Virus record (IMG/VR): IMGVR_UViG_2619619029_000002
Location: 1-64,000 of that record
Direction: 5' to 3' (one strand)
Origin: a virus
Taxonomy: Duplodnaviria; Caudoviricetes
DNA length: 64,000 nt
Made by a program: the position numbers and the translations under genes. Positions 7,662-17,057 of the stretch are shown one piece after another. Position 1 is the stretch's first letter, and each line of letters opens with the position of its first letter. Below the pieces are notes generated by a model that was not told where the DNA came from, did not search any database, and saw only the letters and a program-made list of their open reading frames with translations.

Positions 7662-9362
7662 ATGTTCCATCGACTCGTTGCACTTCTCGCCGTAGCTCTC
7701 GCCAGCGCTCCCGCGTTGGCCCAGCAGTCCACGTTGTATGAGGGCGGCAAGGTCTTCACCGCCCGCGATGATCGGCCCTTCGTCGAGGCTTTCGTGGTGC
7801 GCGGCGGCAAGGTGGCCGCCACCGGGAGCACGGGCGACCTCCGACTGCTGTTCCCCCACGCGCGCAGGGTGGACCTGAAAGGGATGACTGTCGTCCCGAC
7901 GCTCAACGACTCCCACGCCCACGTCGCGAAGCTGACGGACGAGCGGTTCATCGTGGGTCCGCATCCATCCACCTGGGCGCCCGACGGCGGACCGACCGTC
8001 CAGGAGTGGGTGGTCTACATCTCGGAGCGCGCGGCGCAGAGCCCCGCCGGAACGCCCATCGTCGGGTACTACGGGAGGCGACTCTACGAGGACCTGAACG
8101 CCATGGGCGTGACGGCCCGTGACTTCCTGGACAGCATCACGACGCAACACCCCGTGGTCCTGCTGGAGTGGAGCGGGCACGCCAGCGCGTCCAACTCCGC
8201 GGCGCTCGATGCTGCGGACATCCGTGACTTCCAGCCCGACCCCTTTGGCGGGTGGGGTGGGCGCGATGACACCGGGCGCTTGACGGGCGTCCTCCAGGAG
8301 TACGCCATTCTCCCGCTGGTCCGGTACCTGAGCCGGATGGTTCCGGATGCGCACTACGTCTCGCAATATGGCGGCTGGGTCGCTGGGGCTGAGTCCGTGG
8401 GCGTGGGCGAGACGCACGATTACATTTTCGTGGATGAGGGCGAGCGCTTCGCGCCGGTCATCCAGCAGCTCCCGAGGCCGGATGCCATCGTCCCGCACTG
8501 CATCATCACGCGGGCTGGGCAGCAGTGTGCGCCAGGTCCGGACGGCATCATCCGCAGGAAGGTCTTCAGCGACGGGACGCAGGTGGCGTGCAGCGCCTAC
8601 GTCACCGCAGCCTACCTTCGCCCGGAGTGGTGCCCCACCGGCTTCGATGTGAACGCAGGCTACGGCATCAAGAACCTGACCGACGCCCAGATGGACTGGG
8701 CCATCGACGACACTCTTCAGCGCGGCGGCATGCTCTCCGTGCACGCCATTGGCGATGCCGGCATCGAGCACATCCTCTCGCGGCTGGAGGCGCGGCCGGG
8801 CGTGAACTGGAAGGGCAAGGTCTCCATCGAGCACTTCAACGTCACGGGTGAAAGCCACGTGAAGCGCGCGAAGCGGCTCAAGGTGTCCATTAGCGGCATG
8901 GGCACCCACCAGTTCCTCATCCCCAGCATGATGGTTGAGCAGCACCCGGGCCACCTGCACACGCACGCGCTGAAGCTCCGTTCCCTACTGACGCCGGAAC
9001 TGGACGACGACGGGGTGACGGTGCTGGAGCCGCTGACGCTCGCTCTCGGCTCGGACGCCTTCGGACCCCATGCCCCGTCCCCGTGGCTGGACGCGATGTT
9101 CCTGGTGACGGCGCCCTTCAACCCCACCGAAGCCCTGTCGATGGAGCAGGTGGTGCGGGCCTACACCCGTGGCACCGCGGAGGCGCGGCTCCGCGCGGAC
9201 GTTGGTGTGCTGGCTGCCGGGAAGCGAGCCAACTTCGCGGTCCTCTCCCAGGACGTCTTCGCCGTGACGCCGGACAAGCTTCCGAAGACCGGCTCGGTTC
9301 TCACGGTGATTGACGGCGCCGTGCGGTGGAACACGGGCGTGCTGGACCTGTCCGTCCCCTGA
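7662..9362 (+). CDS. Secreted amidohydrolase 3 (YtcJ-like) metallo-hydrolase
   Basis: Sec signal (…APALA|QQ); DLKGMTVVPTLNDSHAH (HxH), SVHAIGD, SIEH, ALGSD, and C-terminal G.LAAGKRANFAVL. Confidence 0.9.
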   Translation: MFHRLVALLAVALASAPALAQQSTLYEGGKVFTARDDRPFVEAFVVRGGKVAATGSTGDLRLLFPHARRVDLKGMTVVPTLNDSHAHVAKLTDERFIVGPHPSTWAPDGGPTVQEWVVYISERAAQSPAGTPIVGYYGRRLYEDLNAMGVTARDFLDSITTQHPVVLLEWSGHASASNSAALDAADIRDFQPDPFGGWGGRDDTGRLTGVLQEYAILPLVRYLSRMVPDAHYVSQYGGWVAGAESVGVGETHDYIFVDEGERFAPVIQQLPRPDAIVPHCIITRAGQQCAPGPDGIIRRKVFSDGTQVACSAYVTAAYLRPEWCPTGFDVNAGYGIKNLTDAQMDWAIDDTLQRGGMLSVHAIGDAGIEHILSRLEARPGVNWKGKVSIEHFNVTGESHVKRAKRLKVSISGMGTHQFLIPSMMVEQHPGHLHTHALKLRSLLTPELDDDGVTVLEPLTLALGSDAFGPHAPSPWLDAMFLVTAPFNPTEALSMEQVVRAYTRGTAEARLRADVGVLAAGKRANFAVLSQDVFAVTPDKLPKTGSVLTVIDGAVRWNTGVLDLSVP

Positions 9363-9430
9363 GCCCTCCCCCTCGCTGTGACGTGAGCGCGGGAGGTGCT
9401 GCCCAGGCCGCCCGCGCTGTCTCCCCAACC
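9361..9430 (+). repeat. Intergenic direct repeat, copy 1
   Basis: gagccctccccct at 9361 plus an exact 26-mer ggtgctgcccaggccgcccgcgctgt at 9395-9420, then ccccaacc. Confidence 0.9.
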
Positions 9431-9451
9431 AACGAACGCACGAGTCCACCA

Positions 9452-9679
9452 ATGGAATACGTCGAAGTGAAAGCACCGTTCGTCGGAGCGCGCTTCACCT
9501 TCTCTGGCCCATGGGAGGAGCACGAGCAGCACAAGGGCAAGAGCGGCGTCATTCTCGAAGTGCTCCAGAACACCGAACTGGACGACCCGGAGGACCAGTA
9601 CCGCGTGCGGCTCGACGACGGAGTGGAACTCGTCGCGTGGGCCGAGGAACTGGGTGGCTTCTACGAGCCCTCCCCCTGA
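9452..9679 (+). CDS. Small SH3-like hypothetical protein
   Basis: High GC3; G.VLEV…YRVRLDDGVELVAWAEEL beta-barrel pattern; lies between the two repeats. Confidence 0.65.
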   Translation: MEYVEVKAPFVGARFTFSGPWEEHEQHKGKSGVILEVLQNTELDDPEDQYRVRLDDGVELVAWAEELGGFYEPSP

Positions 9680-9730
9680 TTCGCGCGCGGCCGGTGCTGC
9701 CCAGGCCGCCCGCGCTGTTTCCCCCAACCC
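9665..9730 (+). repeat. Intergenic direct repeat, copy 2
   Basis: gagccctccccct at 9665 plus the same 26-mer at 9693-9718, then ccccaacc. Confidence 0.9.
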
Positions 9731-9750
9731 GTAATCCTGGAGTGCTGACG

Positions 9751-10092
9751 ATGCGCTGGATGCTGTTGTTGACGATGTGTGTGGTGGCCGGGTGCACAAG
9801 CCCGAAGCCCAGCAGATTCTCTGCGGCCCAGAACCGTAGGGCGCAGGCCTCGATGGACTGCGTCGACGCGGCCGAGGCGCAGGTGGCTGGCGGCGACTAC
9901 GCCGGCTGGTCCGCCGGTGAGACGACGTGCCTCCAGCGACTGGTGGCGTCCGACTGCGCCAGCAGGGCGTGGGCGCAGGACGGGGACGCCCAGTCCTCTG
10001 AGGCAGCCGCGCGCTACCAGTCCCGCGTCCTCGAGGACTGCGGCGCCGACCTCACCGAGCGAGTCCGCGCCGCATTCGAGTCCGGACTCTGA
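9751..10092 (+). CDS. Lipoprotein
   Basis: MRWMLLLTMCVVAG|C lipobox; GGAG RBS. Confidence 0.75.
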   Translation: MRWMLLLTMCVVAGCTSPKPSRFSAAQNRRAQASMDCVDAAEAQVAGGDYAGWSAGETTCLQRLVASDCASRAWAQDGDAQSSEAAARYQSRVLEDCGADLTERVRAAFESGL

Positions 10093-10099
10093 TCTTCAC

Positions 10100-10129
10100 G
10101 GGGCTGGGTGACTCACCGCGCCCAGCCCC
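10100..10129 (+). terminator. GC-rich hairpin (possible terminator or processing site)
   Basis: ggggctggg (10100-10108) pairs with cccagcccc (10121-10129); no clear U-tract. Confidence 0.4.
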
Positions 10130-10162
10130 TGCTGTCCTCTCGCTGTACCCGAGGTGCCTGCG

Positions 10163-12820
10163 ATGACGACGTGCAAGACGATGGAGAGCGCGGTTGCAGA
10201 ACTGCGCAGGATGGCGACGCTGGAAACCTTGTGGACGGATGGCCAGTGGCGGGACGCCGTGGGGGCGCTGCTCGCGGCACTGTCCGCCCAGCAGCCCCCG
10301 CCCACGCCCGAGGAGGCGGCACGGGATGTGGCGAGCGTCATGGCTGCCGTAGAGGAGGCGCCCTTTGATGACGCGCGGCCCGCCTACAAGACCGACGCCG
10401 AAGACGCCCTCTCCCGCCTCGCCGCCCAGGCCGCGCGGGTGCCGGGGCTGGAGGAGCAGGCGCAGGCCGACAGGTACGCGATTCACGGAGCGCTGATGTG
10501 GTCCGGAGCGTGGCCCCTTGGCGTTGAGAAGCTGAAGCCCACCCGTCACGTCTCCGCCCTGTTGGAACGCCTGACGCAGGCCGAGTCCGAGCGCGATGCG
10601 GTCCGAGAGGAGTTGAAGCGGGAGAAGTCCCTCCGGAAGACGTGGGCAGACAACGTCCGGCAGGTGGAACTCGTGCTCGGCTTCGACCGGCCAGACGGCA
10701 TGACGCTGAAGGATGCCAAGGACCACATGGCCGGGGTGTCCACCCTCCGCGAGCGCGTGGCCACGCTGGAGCAACGCACCTTCGCCGCCGAGGGTGAAGT
10801 GCTCGAAGCTCGGAAAGAGCGTGACGCTGCTGTCCGCCGTGGGGATGAAGCCGCCGCCCACTGGAATAGCCTCGCGGATGGCTGGCAGGAGACGGCCGGA
10901 AAGGAGCTGGCGCGCGCCGACACCGCCGAGGCCCGCGTGCGGGAACTGCTGGACCTGCTGCGCAAGCACGCGCGGCGAGTCCGGTGTCCGGACTGTGAAG
11001 GCATCGGCTCGCGGACGTGCAGCACCTGCGAGGGGGACAAGGAGTGCTTGCCCCCAGAGGTGACGGCCGCTCTCGCCTCCCACCCCGCGCCCACCACCGG
11101 GGCGAAGTGCTCGCATTGCGGTGGCAAGGGATACGACGTGGACACGGACGAAGAGGGCGGAACCCAGAACGAGACGCACTTCCCGTGCTCGCGCTGCAAG
11201 GGCAAGGGACTGGAGCCCTCCCCCACCCCGCCGCCCGGGCTGCTGGAGGCGGTGCTCGCTGCGGTGAACGCCGAGCGCTCCGGATGGGACATCGGAGGCG
11301 ACCGAAGCGAGGCCGTGCATACGGCCTGCACCAACCTGGAGAACCGCATCCGTGTCGCCTTCGACGCCGCGAAGGGCGGGGAGGTGCCGAGCATCATCGT
11401 GGAGGGCGCCCAGCGTCCCAATGACGACCGAGCGCCCACGTACATTCGTGCCGAGTTCCGCGAGTGTCCGGCGTGTGCGGCAAAGCCCGGCAGCCCGGCC
11501 CTGTGCCCGGAGTGCCTGGAGCGCCGCGAACTGTTCGCGTGTCGCGAGGGCGCCGCGAAGTACCGCGCGGCGGTGGAGCGGGCCCGTGATGTTGCAACAC
11601 TCGCGAAGGTGTCTTTCGAGGCGTGGCGCGAACACCGGCGCCCTCCCAGCAAGTTGACCGAGGATCAAGCACAGGCAAGCGCAGTGGCGCGGCATGTCCT
11701 CGGCCTCGACTCCTCCACCCCCAGCGAGACGCTGGACAAGGCCAGGGTGGTGGAGGTGCTGCGCAAGTGGCTGCCTCCCACTCACGCTGTCTTCGAGGAC
11801 CTCGGACTCGACACGCCACCGACCAGGCCGGGAGTCGGGGAGCCCCCCTCCCGTGACGACGTGCTCAACGCCTTCGCCGTGGAGGCGGACCCGGCCGGCG
11901 CGCTGGAGCGCTACCAGCGCGAGCACCCTGCCCTTGCCGAGGACCTGGCGGCGCTGTTCCGCGAGGTGCTCCAGCCTCTGGTGGAGCAGGAGGGCCCGCT
12001 GGCCGCCGAGGACGAGGCGCTCATCGACAAGGTGTGGACGCAGCACGCCGCCATCAAGCCGAAGCCCACGGTGGACCTGTGGCCCACGCTGACGGCCTTC
12101 TCGGCGGAGATGCGCCGCCTGCTGGACCACCACCGCCCGCGCAAGGGTGGCCGCGAGGGCTGGGTGCGCGACATGCCCGCCGCCCTCCTCCGCCGCGTCC
12201 AAGAGGAAGCCGACGAGGTGGAACTGGGCCTTGCCGCGCGTGTCTCACCGGAAGTGCTGCTCGCCCGGTGCGCCGACGTGGCCAACATGGCGATGATGAC
12301 GGCCGACGCCTACGCCCACCAACGCGCGCGGATGACGCCCGTGCCCGCGGTACCGCTCATCGAAGGCCCGGTTGACGAGCCTTCCGCGACGCCCGATCTG
12401 CACGCCGAGCACTGCACGCCGGACGAGTGCAAGTACGGCGAGGGCCGGGCGTGCACCATGTGGCATGACCCGGCGCTGGAGGGGAAGCCTCCGCAGCGAG
12501 TGGTGTGGGAGGACAAGGACGTGCGGGTTCTCGCCAACGGGACGTTGCTGATTTTCGGACCGCATGGCTGGGGCCAGCCCCTCACGAAGACGATGCGCCT
12601 CCAGCGCCTCGCCCGCGCATTGGCCAAGGCGAAGTTCGACGCTCGTCTCGCTCGCGCCAGCCTCGCGAGCAGCGAGGAGGCACTCCGCCAGAAGGACAAG
12701 GCGGTTGCCGAGGACACGCGGGAGCGGGTGGCACGCATGGTGGAAAACGTCGGGCTCAAGAACCTGGCCTCTGTCATCCGCGCCGCCCCCCTGCGCGGGA
12801 AGGCGGTGCGCCGTGGGTAA
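10163..12820 (+). CDS. Large mosaic phage protein: coiled coil, CxxCxGxG Zn fingers and a MazG-like module
   Basis: CPDCEGIG/CSTCEGD and CSHCGGKG/CSRCKGKG; EEADEV…CADVANMAMMTAD near the C-terminus. Confidence 0.75.
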   Translation: MTTCKTMESAVAELRRMATLETLWTDGQWRDAVGALLAALSAQQPPPTPEEAARDVASVMAAVEEAPFDDARPAYKTDAEDALSRLAAQAARVPGLEEQAQADRYAIHGALMWSGAWPLGVEKLKPTRHVSALLERLTQAESERDAVREELKREKSLRKTWADNVRQVELVLGFDRPDGMTLKDAKDHMAGVSTLRERVATLEQRTFAAEGEVLEARKERDAAVRRGDEAAAHWNSLADGWQETAGKELARADTAEARVRELLDLLRKHARRVRCPDCEGIGSRTCSTCEGDKECLPPEVTAALASHPAPTTGAKCSHCGGKGYDVDTDEEGGTQNETHFPCSRCKGKGLEPSPTPPPGLLEAVLAAVNAERSGWDIGGDRSEAVHTACTNLENRIRVAFDAAKGGEVPSIIVEGAQRPNDDRAPTYIRAEFRECPACAAKPGSPALCPECLERRELFACREGAAKYRAAVERARDVATLAKVSFEAWREHRRPPSKLTEDQAQASAVARHVLGLDSSTPSETLDKARVVEVLRKWLPPTHAVFEDLGLDTPPTRPGVGEPPSRDDVLNAFAVEADPAGALERYQREHPALAEDLAALFREVLQPLVEQEGPLAAEDEALIDKVWTQHAAIKPKPTVDLWPTLTAFSAEMRRLLDHHRPRKGGREGWVRDMPAALLRRVQEEADEVELGLAARVSPEVLLARCADVANMAMMTADAYAHQRARMTPVPAVPLIEGPVDEPSATPDLHAEHCTPDECKYGEGRACTMWHDPALEGKPPQRVVWEDKDVRVLANGTLLIFGPHGWGQPLTKTMRLQRLARALAKAKFDARLARASLASSEEALRQKDKAVAEDTRERVARMVENVGLKNLASVIRAAPLRGKAVRRG

Positions 12821-13292
12821 GCGCACGTTCGCCGCCGGCACGACGGTGGCCGTTTCCAAGACGGAGGCCGAAATCAAGGACCTGCTCCGCAGTCGCGGGG
12901 CCACGCGCACCGCCTTCGCCGAGGAAGAGGGCCGCGCGGTGGTGCTCTTCGACCTGCAGGACAGGCGCGTGAAGTTCACCATGCCCCTGCCCCTCCCCGT
13001 CCACCGCAGCTTCACCCACGACAAGCGCGGGAAGCAGCGGACCCAGGCCGCCGCCACCCGCGCATGGCAGCAGGCCTGCCGCGAGAAGTGGCGGGCCCTC
13101 CTCCTCACCATGAAGGCCAAGTTCGTCAGCGTGGACAACCAGGTCGAGACGTTCGAGGAGGCCTTCCTCGCGCACATCGTCACGCCTAGTGGGAAGACGG
13201 TGGGGCAGCACGCCTTGCCCGCCGTTGCCGAGGCGTACCGCACGGGCACCATGCCCCCGCTTCTGCCATCCGGAGAGGTGCACCGTGGCTGA
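12813..13292 (+). CDS. Conserved phage hypothetical protein
   Basis: T.V.VSKT.AEI…WRALLL.MKAKF..V…ETFEEAFLAHIV pattern seen in many temperate phages; overlaps the upstream stop. Confidence 0.8.
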   Translation: MGKRTFAAGTTVAVSKTEAEIKDLLRSRGATRTAFAEEEGRAVVLFDLQDRRVKFTMPLPLPVHRSFTHDKRGKQRTQAAATRAWQQACREKWRALLLTMKAKFVSVDNQVETFEEAFLAHIVTPSGKTVGQHALPAVAEAYRTGTMPPLLPSGEVHRG

Positions 13293-13860
13293 GCCGACCG
13301 TCTACCAATACCGGCTGCGCACCCCGAAGGGGCGTTGGATCGCAGACGTCGTCATGCTCAGCGACGGCTACTTCTCTGCCGTCTCCAACTGCGGCGGCTA
13401 TGCCTACCGGTGGGGAAGCCCGGGCAAGGAGTTCCGCGCCTTCGTCGCCGACCTGGAAGATGACGCGGACTACCTGTGCAGCAAGCTGGGCCGGGCCACA
13501 TGGTGGGATGGCGCCGCCACACTCAAGGGCATCCGCGAATACATCCTTGAGTCTCGGCGCAAGAGCGGCTGGACGAAGGCGCGGGCCGCCCAGGAATGGC
13601 AGACGCTGGCCGATGCCCTCTCCCCCTACAGCGACAGCAGTCCGAGCGAGCACGACGAGATGGACGTCCACCAGTTCCACGACTGGTACGGCGAGACGAA
13701 AATCGACGATGGCTACGAGTTCGCGACGTACGACTACGAGCCGCAGCTCCGCGCGTTCTGCCGCGAGGTGATGCCAGTCCTGGCCGCTGCCATCCGCGAG
13801 CAGCTCAAGGCCGAGGCCGCAGCAGCCCCTGCGACGGGAAGCGAGGTGGCCCATGGGTGA
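13285..13860 (+). CDS. Hypothetical phage protein
   Basis: GGAGAGG RBS; overlaps its neighbours; high GC3; DYLCSKLG motif. Confidence 0.75.
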   Translation: MAEPTVYQYRLRTPKGRWIADVVMLSDGYFSAVSNCGGYAYRWGSPGKEFRAFVADLEDDADYLCSKLGRATWWDGAATLKGIREYILESRRKSGWTKARAAQEWQTLADALSPYSDSSPSEHDEMDVHQFHDWYGETKIDDGYEFATYDYEPQLRAFCREVMPVLAAAIREQLKAEAAAAPATGSEVAHG

Positions 13861-14674
13861 GAGCACTTCCCCGTTCACCATCAAGAGCGCAGCGCCCAGA
13901 AAGACGCGCATCCGCGACCTCGTCAACGTCTACAGCAAGGCGTCATGCCGGGTGTGGCTCACGCTGGACCGTCGCACGTTGGAGTTGGTGGAGGCCGATT
14001 CGCTGGGCAAGCCGATGGACGTGGGCACCCCTCCTGAGTGGCTGACCTACGAGTTGGAGCAGGACGGCTGGGACAACCTGGTGGACTACCCCTATCGCGA
14101 GGCGGAGCGCGTCGGGTGGGCACTGGCGTGCGGCATCGCGCCTGGCCAACCCTTCCTCGTCGAGGTGGACCCGCCTGTGCACAGCACGCACTGGACGGAC
14201 TGTGGCTACGAGTACGACACGGACTACAGCTCCGAGCTCGTCCGCGTGACGCCGCTGCCACCGGAGGACGTGGCCCGGCGCTGGGAGGTGTGGCTGTGGT
14301 GGGCGGCGCTGGACTGCGACGCGCGCGAGCGCGCCGCCGCAGCCCAGAAGGCGACGACGGAGGCACAGCGCGCGCTCGCACTCGCGGACCCGTCCGCGCT
14401 CTTCATCACCTCTGACGTCTACTTCGGCCCCCGCGATTCCATCGACTACATGCCGAGCGGCCTTCGCATCTACCTCAACAGCGCCCACCTTGGCCGGGGT
14501 GGCGGCGTGCTCGTGTCCGGCGAGGACGACAGGGGCGACCCGGGCAAGGCATGGGCCATGTTGCTGGAGCGCGCGGCCACGGTGCTGCCCAGCGTGCGGC
14601 CCGACTATCTCCGTGCGCTGCCGTGGCACCGGCCGCATATCAACCGGGAGGAGGTGCGCAGTGGACTGGACTGA
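13853..14674 (+). CDS. Hypothetical protein
   Basis: GAGG RBS; coupled to its neighbours; high GC3. Confidence 0.7.
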   Translation: MGESTSPFTIKSAAPRKTRIRDLVNVYSKASCRVWLTLDRRTLELVEADSLGKPMDVGTPPEWLTYELEQDGWDNLVDYPYREAERVGWALACGIAPGQPFLVEVDPPVHSTHWTDCGYEYDTDYSSELVRVTPLPPEDVARRWEVWLWWAALDCDARERAAAAQKATTEAQRALALADPSALFITSDVYFGPRDSIDYMPSGLRIYLNSAHLGRGGGVLVSGEDDRGDPGKAWAMLLERAATVLPSVRPDYLRALPWHRPHINREEVRSGLD

Positions 14675-15035
14675 TGAGTCGCACCGAAGCCCCTGCGCGA
14701 AGTGTCCGTACCGCAAGGACGCGCCCCTTCGCCTGTGGCACCGGGACCACTTCCGGAAGCTGCTGCGCGACGATGAGAACGAGGTCGGCGGCCCGCTCTA
14801 CGGTTGCCACAACGACGGCAAACGCCCCCGGGAGGAGGTGCGCCCCTGCGTCGGCTGGCTGCTGGACCAGCGCCGCCGGGGCACGCCTTCGATTCAACTC
14901 CGGCTCGCGCTCGTTCGGAACAAGGTGGCGCAGGACATGTATTCGCGAATCAGCAACGCGGGGCTCCGGCTGTACACATCCATCCAGGCGATGTGCCGTG
15001 CCAACGGAGTGCGACGCAACGGAGGTGCCAGGTGA
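14661..15035 (+). CDS. DUF6283-like Cys-rich protein
   Basis: PCAKCPYRKD…YGCH…CVGWL pattern; GGAGG RBS. Confidence 0.7.
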   Translation: MDWTDESHRSPCAKCPYRKDAPLRLWHRDHFRKLLRDDENEVGGPLYGCHNDGKRPREEVRPCVGWLLDQRRRGTPSIQLRLALVRNKVAQDMYSRISNAGLRLYTSIQAMCRANGVRRNGGAR

Positions 15036-15253
15036 GCGCGCGCCCCATTGAGGTGACGGTGCTATCCCCCGCGGGCGAGCCCCTCGGCACGTGGACGGGT
15101 ACGCCCACCAACGCCCTCTGGCGGGCCACGCGCCAGACGCCGCGACTCACCGTGTCTGGTGCCACGCGCCCGTGTGAGCGACACGGCGAGGGCTGGGCGT
15201 TGCGCCTGCAAGAGGGAGAGCGCCCGCCCAAGAACAACGGGAGGGCCCGCTGA
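15032..15253 (+). CDS. Hypothetical protein
   Basis: GTGA overlap; GGAGG RBS. Confidence 0.55.
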   Translation: MSARPIEVTVLSPAGEPLGTWTGTPTNALWRATRQTPRLTVSGATRPCERHGEGWALRLQEGERPPKNNGRAR

Positions 15254-16329
15254 TGAGCGCCCCCCTCGGAGGCTCGTACCGGTACACGCGTGAGGGGCGC
15301 GGCGTGTTCCACTTTCCCCTCGCGCGGCCGTGGACATGGGCGCTCACCCATCACGGCATGTGGTCGGTGTTCGTGGCGGACGTCGAGCCCGCACGCCAAG
15401 GAGTCCCTGCCCGGCGCCACCCGCTGCACCCGCCCGCCGAGCTCATGGGTTGCTGGCTGGCCATCTACGCGACGCAGGAGTACGACGCCGAAGCGGTCCG
15501 CTGGCTGCGCGAAGCCCATGGCTTGGAGGTGCCCGCCGGTGACGTGCTGCCGGCCGACAGCTACGTGGCCGTGGCCCGGCTCGCCGAGGTGTCCACGGTG
15601 GGCAATGACTACCGGGCATTCGGCCGCGACCCGTGGTGGGCGCCGCGCAACGCCCCGTTCTGTCGGGGCACCATCGCTTGGTGGCTGGAGGAGATTCAGT
15701 ACGTGGAGCCGCTGCCGTCCGCGCCCGCGAAGCGCCTGGCGCCGGTGGACCCGGGGCTGGTGCCGGAGTTGCGCGAGCGGATGCGCTTGGCTCGGGACAA
15801 GCTGTGGCGCCCGGAGGTGTACGCAGTGCCGGCATCCCTTCCCACCCTCCCGGCACCGCCGCCGCGAGCCATCATCGACGACAGGCCGGTACCGCCCATG
15901 CTCGCCGTACCGGAGCAGCTCGGCCTGTTCGGCGAGGCGCCCCAGCGCGAGGAGTCCACCACCAGCACGCCCCTCATGCAGGAAGCCCCACCGGCAGAAT
16001 CCCTGCCCGAGGCAGCCGTGCACGTGGACGTGTTGGACACCCTGCACCAACTCCAGCCGCCCTGCCGCACGCCGCCCGCGGTGCTGATGGAGGGTGCCAG
16101 GCGCGTCAGGGCGCTGCTCGCGGACGGCAAGCCGCACGAGTGGCGCGAGCTGTGGGCGGTGGCCACCATCGACCCGGCACGAGGCAGCCTCGCCTATCGG
16201 GTGACAGAGGCGCTCGCCGTGCACGGCCCGCTGCTCCCCTGGAGGGTGCGCACCACCGGCACCTGCAAGGGCGACGGCTATGCGTGGTTCACGCTCGCGG
16301 AGGACGTCTCGTGCTCCGCCACACCCTGA
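15253..16329 (+). CDS. ASCH/PUA-like domain protein with C-terminal extension
   Basis: RPWTWAL…G.WLAIYA…VAVARL…DPWW…AWWLEEI…P is the ASCH pattern. Confidence 0.65.
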   Translation: MSAPLGGSYRYTREGRGVFHFPLARPWTWALTHHGMWSVFVADVEPARQGVPARRHPLHPPAELMGCWLAIYATQEYDAEAVRWLREAHGLEVPAGDVLPADSYVAVARLAEVSTVGNDYRAFGRDPWWAPRNAPFCRGTIAWWLEEIQYVEPLPSAPAKRLAPVDPGLVPELRERMRLARDKLWRPEVYAVPASLPTLPAPPPRAIIDDRPVPPMLAVPEQLGLFGEAPQREESTTSTPLMQEAPPAESLPEAAVHVDVLDTLHQLQPPCRTPPAVLMEGARRVRALLADGKPHEWRELWAVATIDPARGSLAYRVTEALAVHGPLLPWRVRTTGTCKGDGYAWFTLAEDVSCSATP

Positions 16330-16742
16330 CGCACGCGCTTGAGTCTCTACGCCACCGGGTGGCGGCGGGCTCGCCCAGCCTGACGGCGGCGCTCCGCTAC
16401 GTGCAGCTGTCGGACAGGGCCCGCGTCGAGTTGGACAAACTGCTCGACGCCACTCGCTTTGAGGTGCCGTGCGAGCAACTCGCGTCCCCCTTCGCCGGCC
16501 GCGAGGGCCAGGTGCCCACGCGCGCGCTCGTGAACTGGGTGGAGGCGAAGAAGGCCGTCTCCCACTGCGAGGGCCCACGCTCCGCTGGAGGACTCGGGCT
16601 CAGGGGCTGGGAGGACGTGGGCGGACTGACGCGCCTGGAGGCGGTGGGCCTGCTGACGATGGCCCTGGAGCGGCTGGAGCGCACGCCCGAGGTGGGCGTG
16701 GGGCCGCTGTTCCCGGGGCTGAACGGTCCGGGGCTCCGTTGA
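16311..16742 (+). CDS. Hypothetical protein
   Basis: GGAGGA RBS before a GTG; high GC3. Confidence 0.55.
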   Translation: MLRHTLTHALESLRHRVAAGSPSLTAALRYVQLSDRARVELDKLLDATRFEVPCEQLASPFAGREGQVPTRALVNWVEAKKAVSHCEGPRSAGGLGLRGWEDVGGLTRLEAVGLLTMALERLERTPEVGVGPLFPGLNGPGLR

Positions 16743-16884
16743 GCGCTACGTTTTGTGCACCTCGCGAACACCCTGAGTGACGCAACCCTAATCGAACATG
16801 GGGCGGCCGAATCCTTGCCACAATCCCTTTCATAAATTACCGCAGACTGCACGCCCTATGCCATGGCGAGCACCGGATCTCGCG

Positions 16885-16913
16885 TTGACACACTGTATCT
16901 GCCCCCATAGTTT
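16885..16913 (+). promoter_or_regulatory. sigma70-type promoter upstream of the antirepressor
   Basis: TTGACA (16885-16890)-17 bp-TAGTTT (16908-16913) in an AT-rich gap. Confidence 0.65.
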
Positions 16914-17057
16914 GTGGCTGGTTGATAACAGACCTACCCGCAATCGACGCAAGTGATTGTGGCAATCCCAGCCATCCGACAGCGTGTCGCCGTCTCAAGT
17001 CCACCCCGCGTCCGGTATCCGGTCGCGACCCACATTCTCGCCCCAGGAGAGTTGCGC

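Noticed and set aside
16750-17050. LexA box upstream of the antirepressor
   Set aside because: No match to the myxobacterial LexA consensus (…GTTCAG) found by eye.
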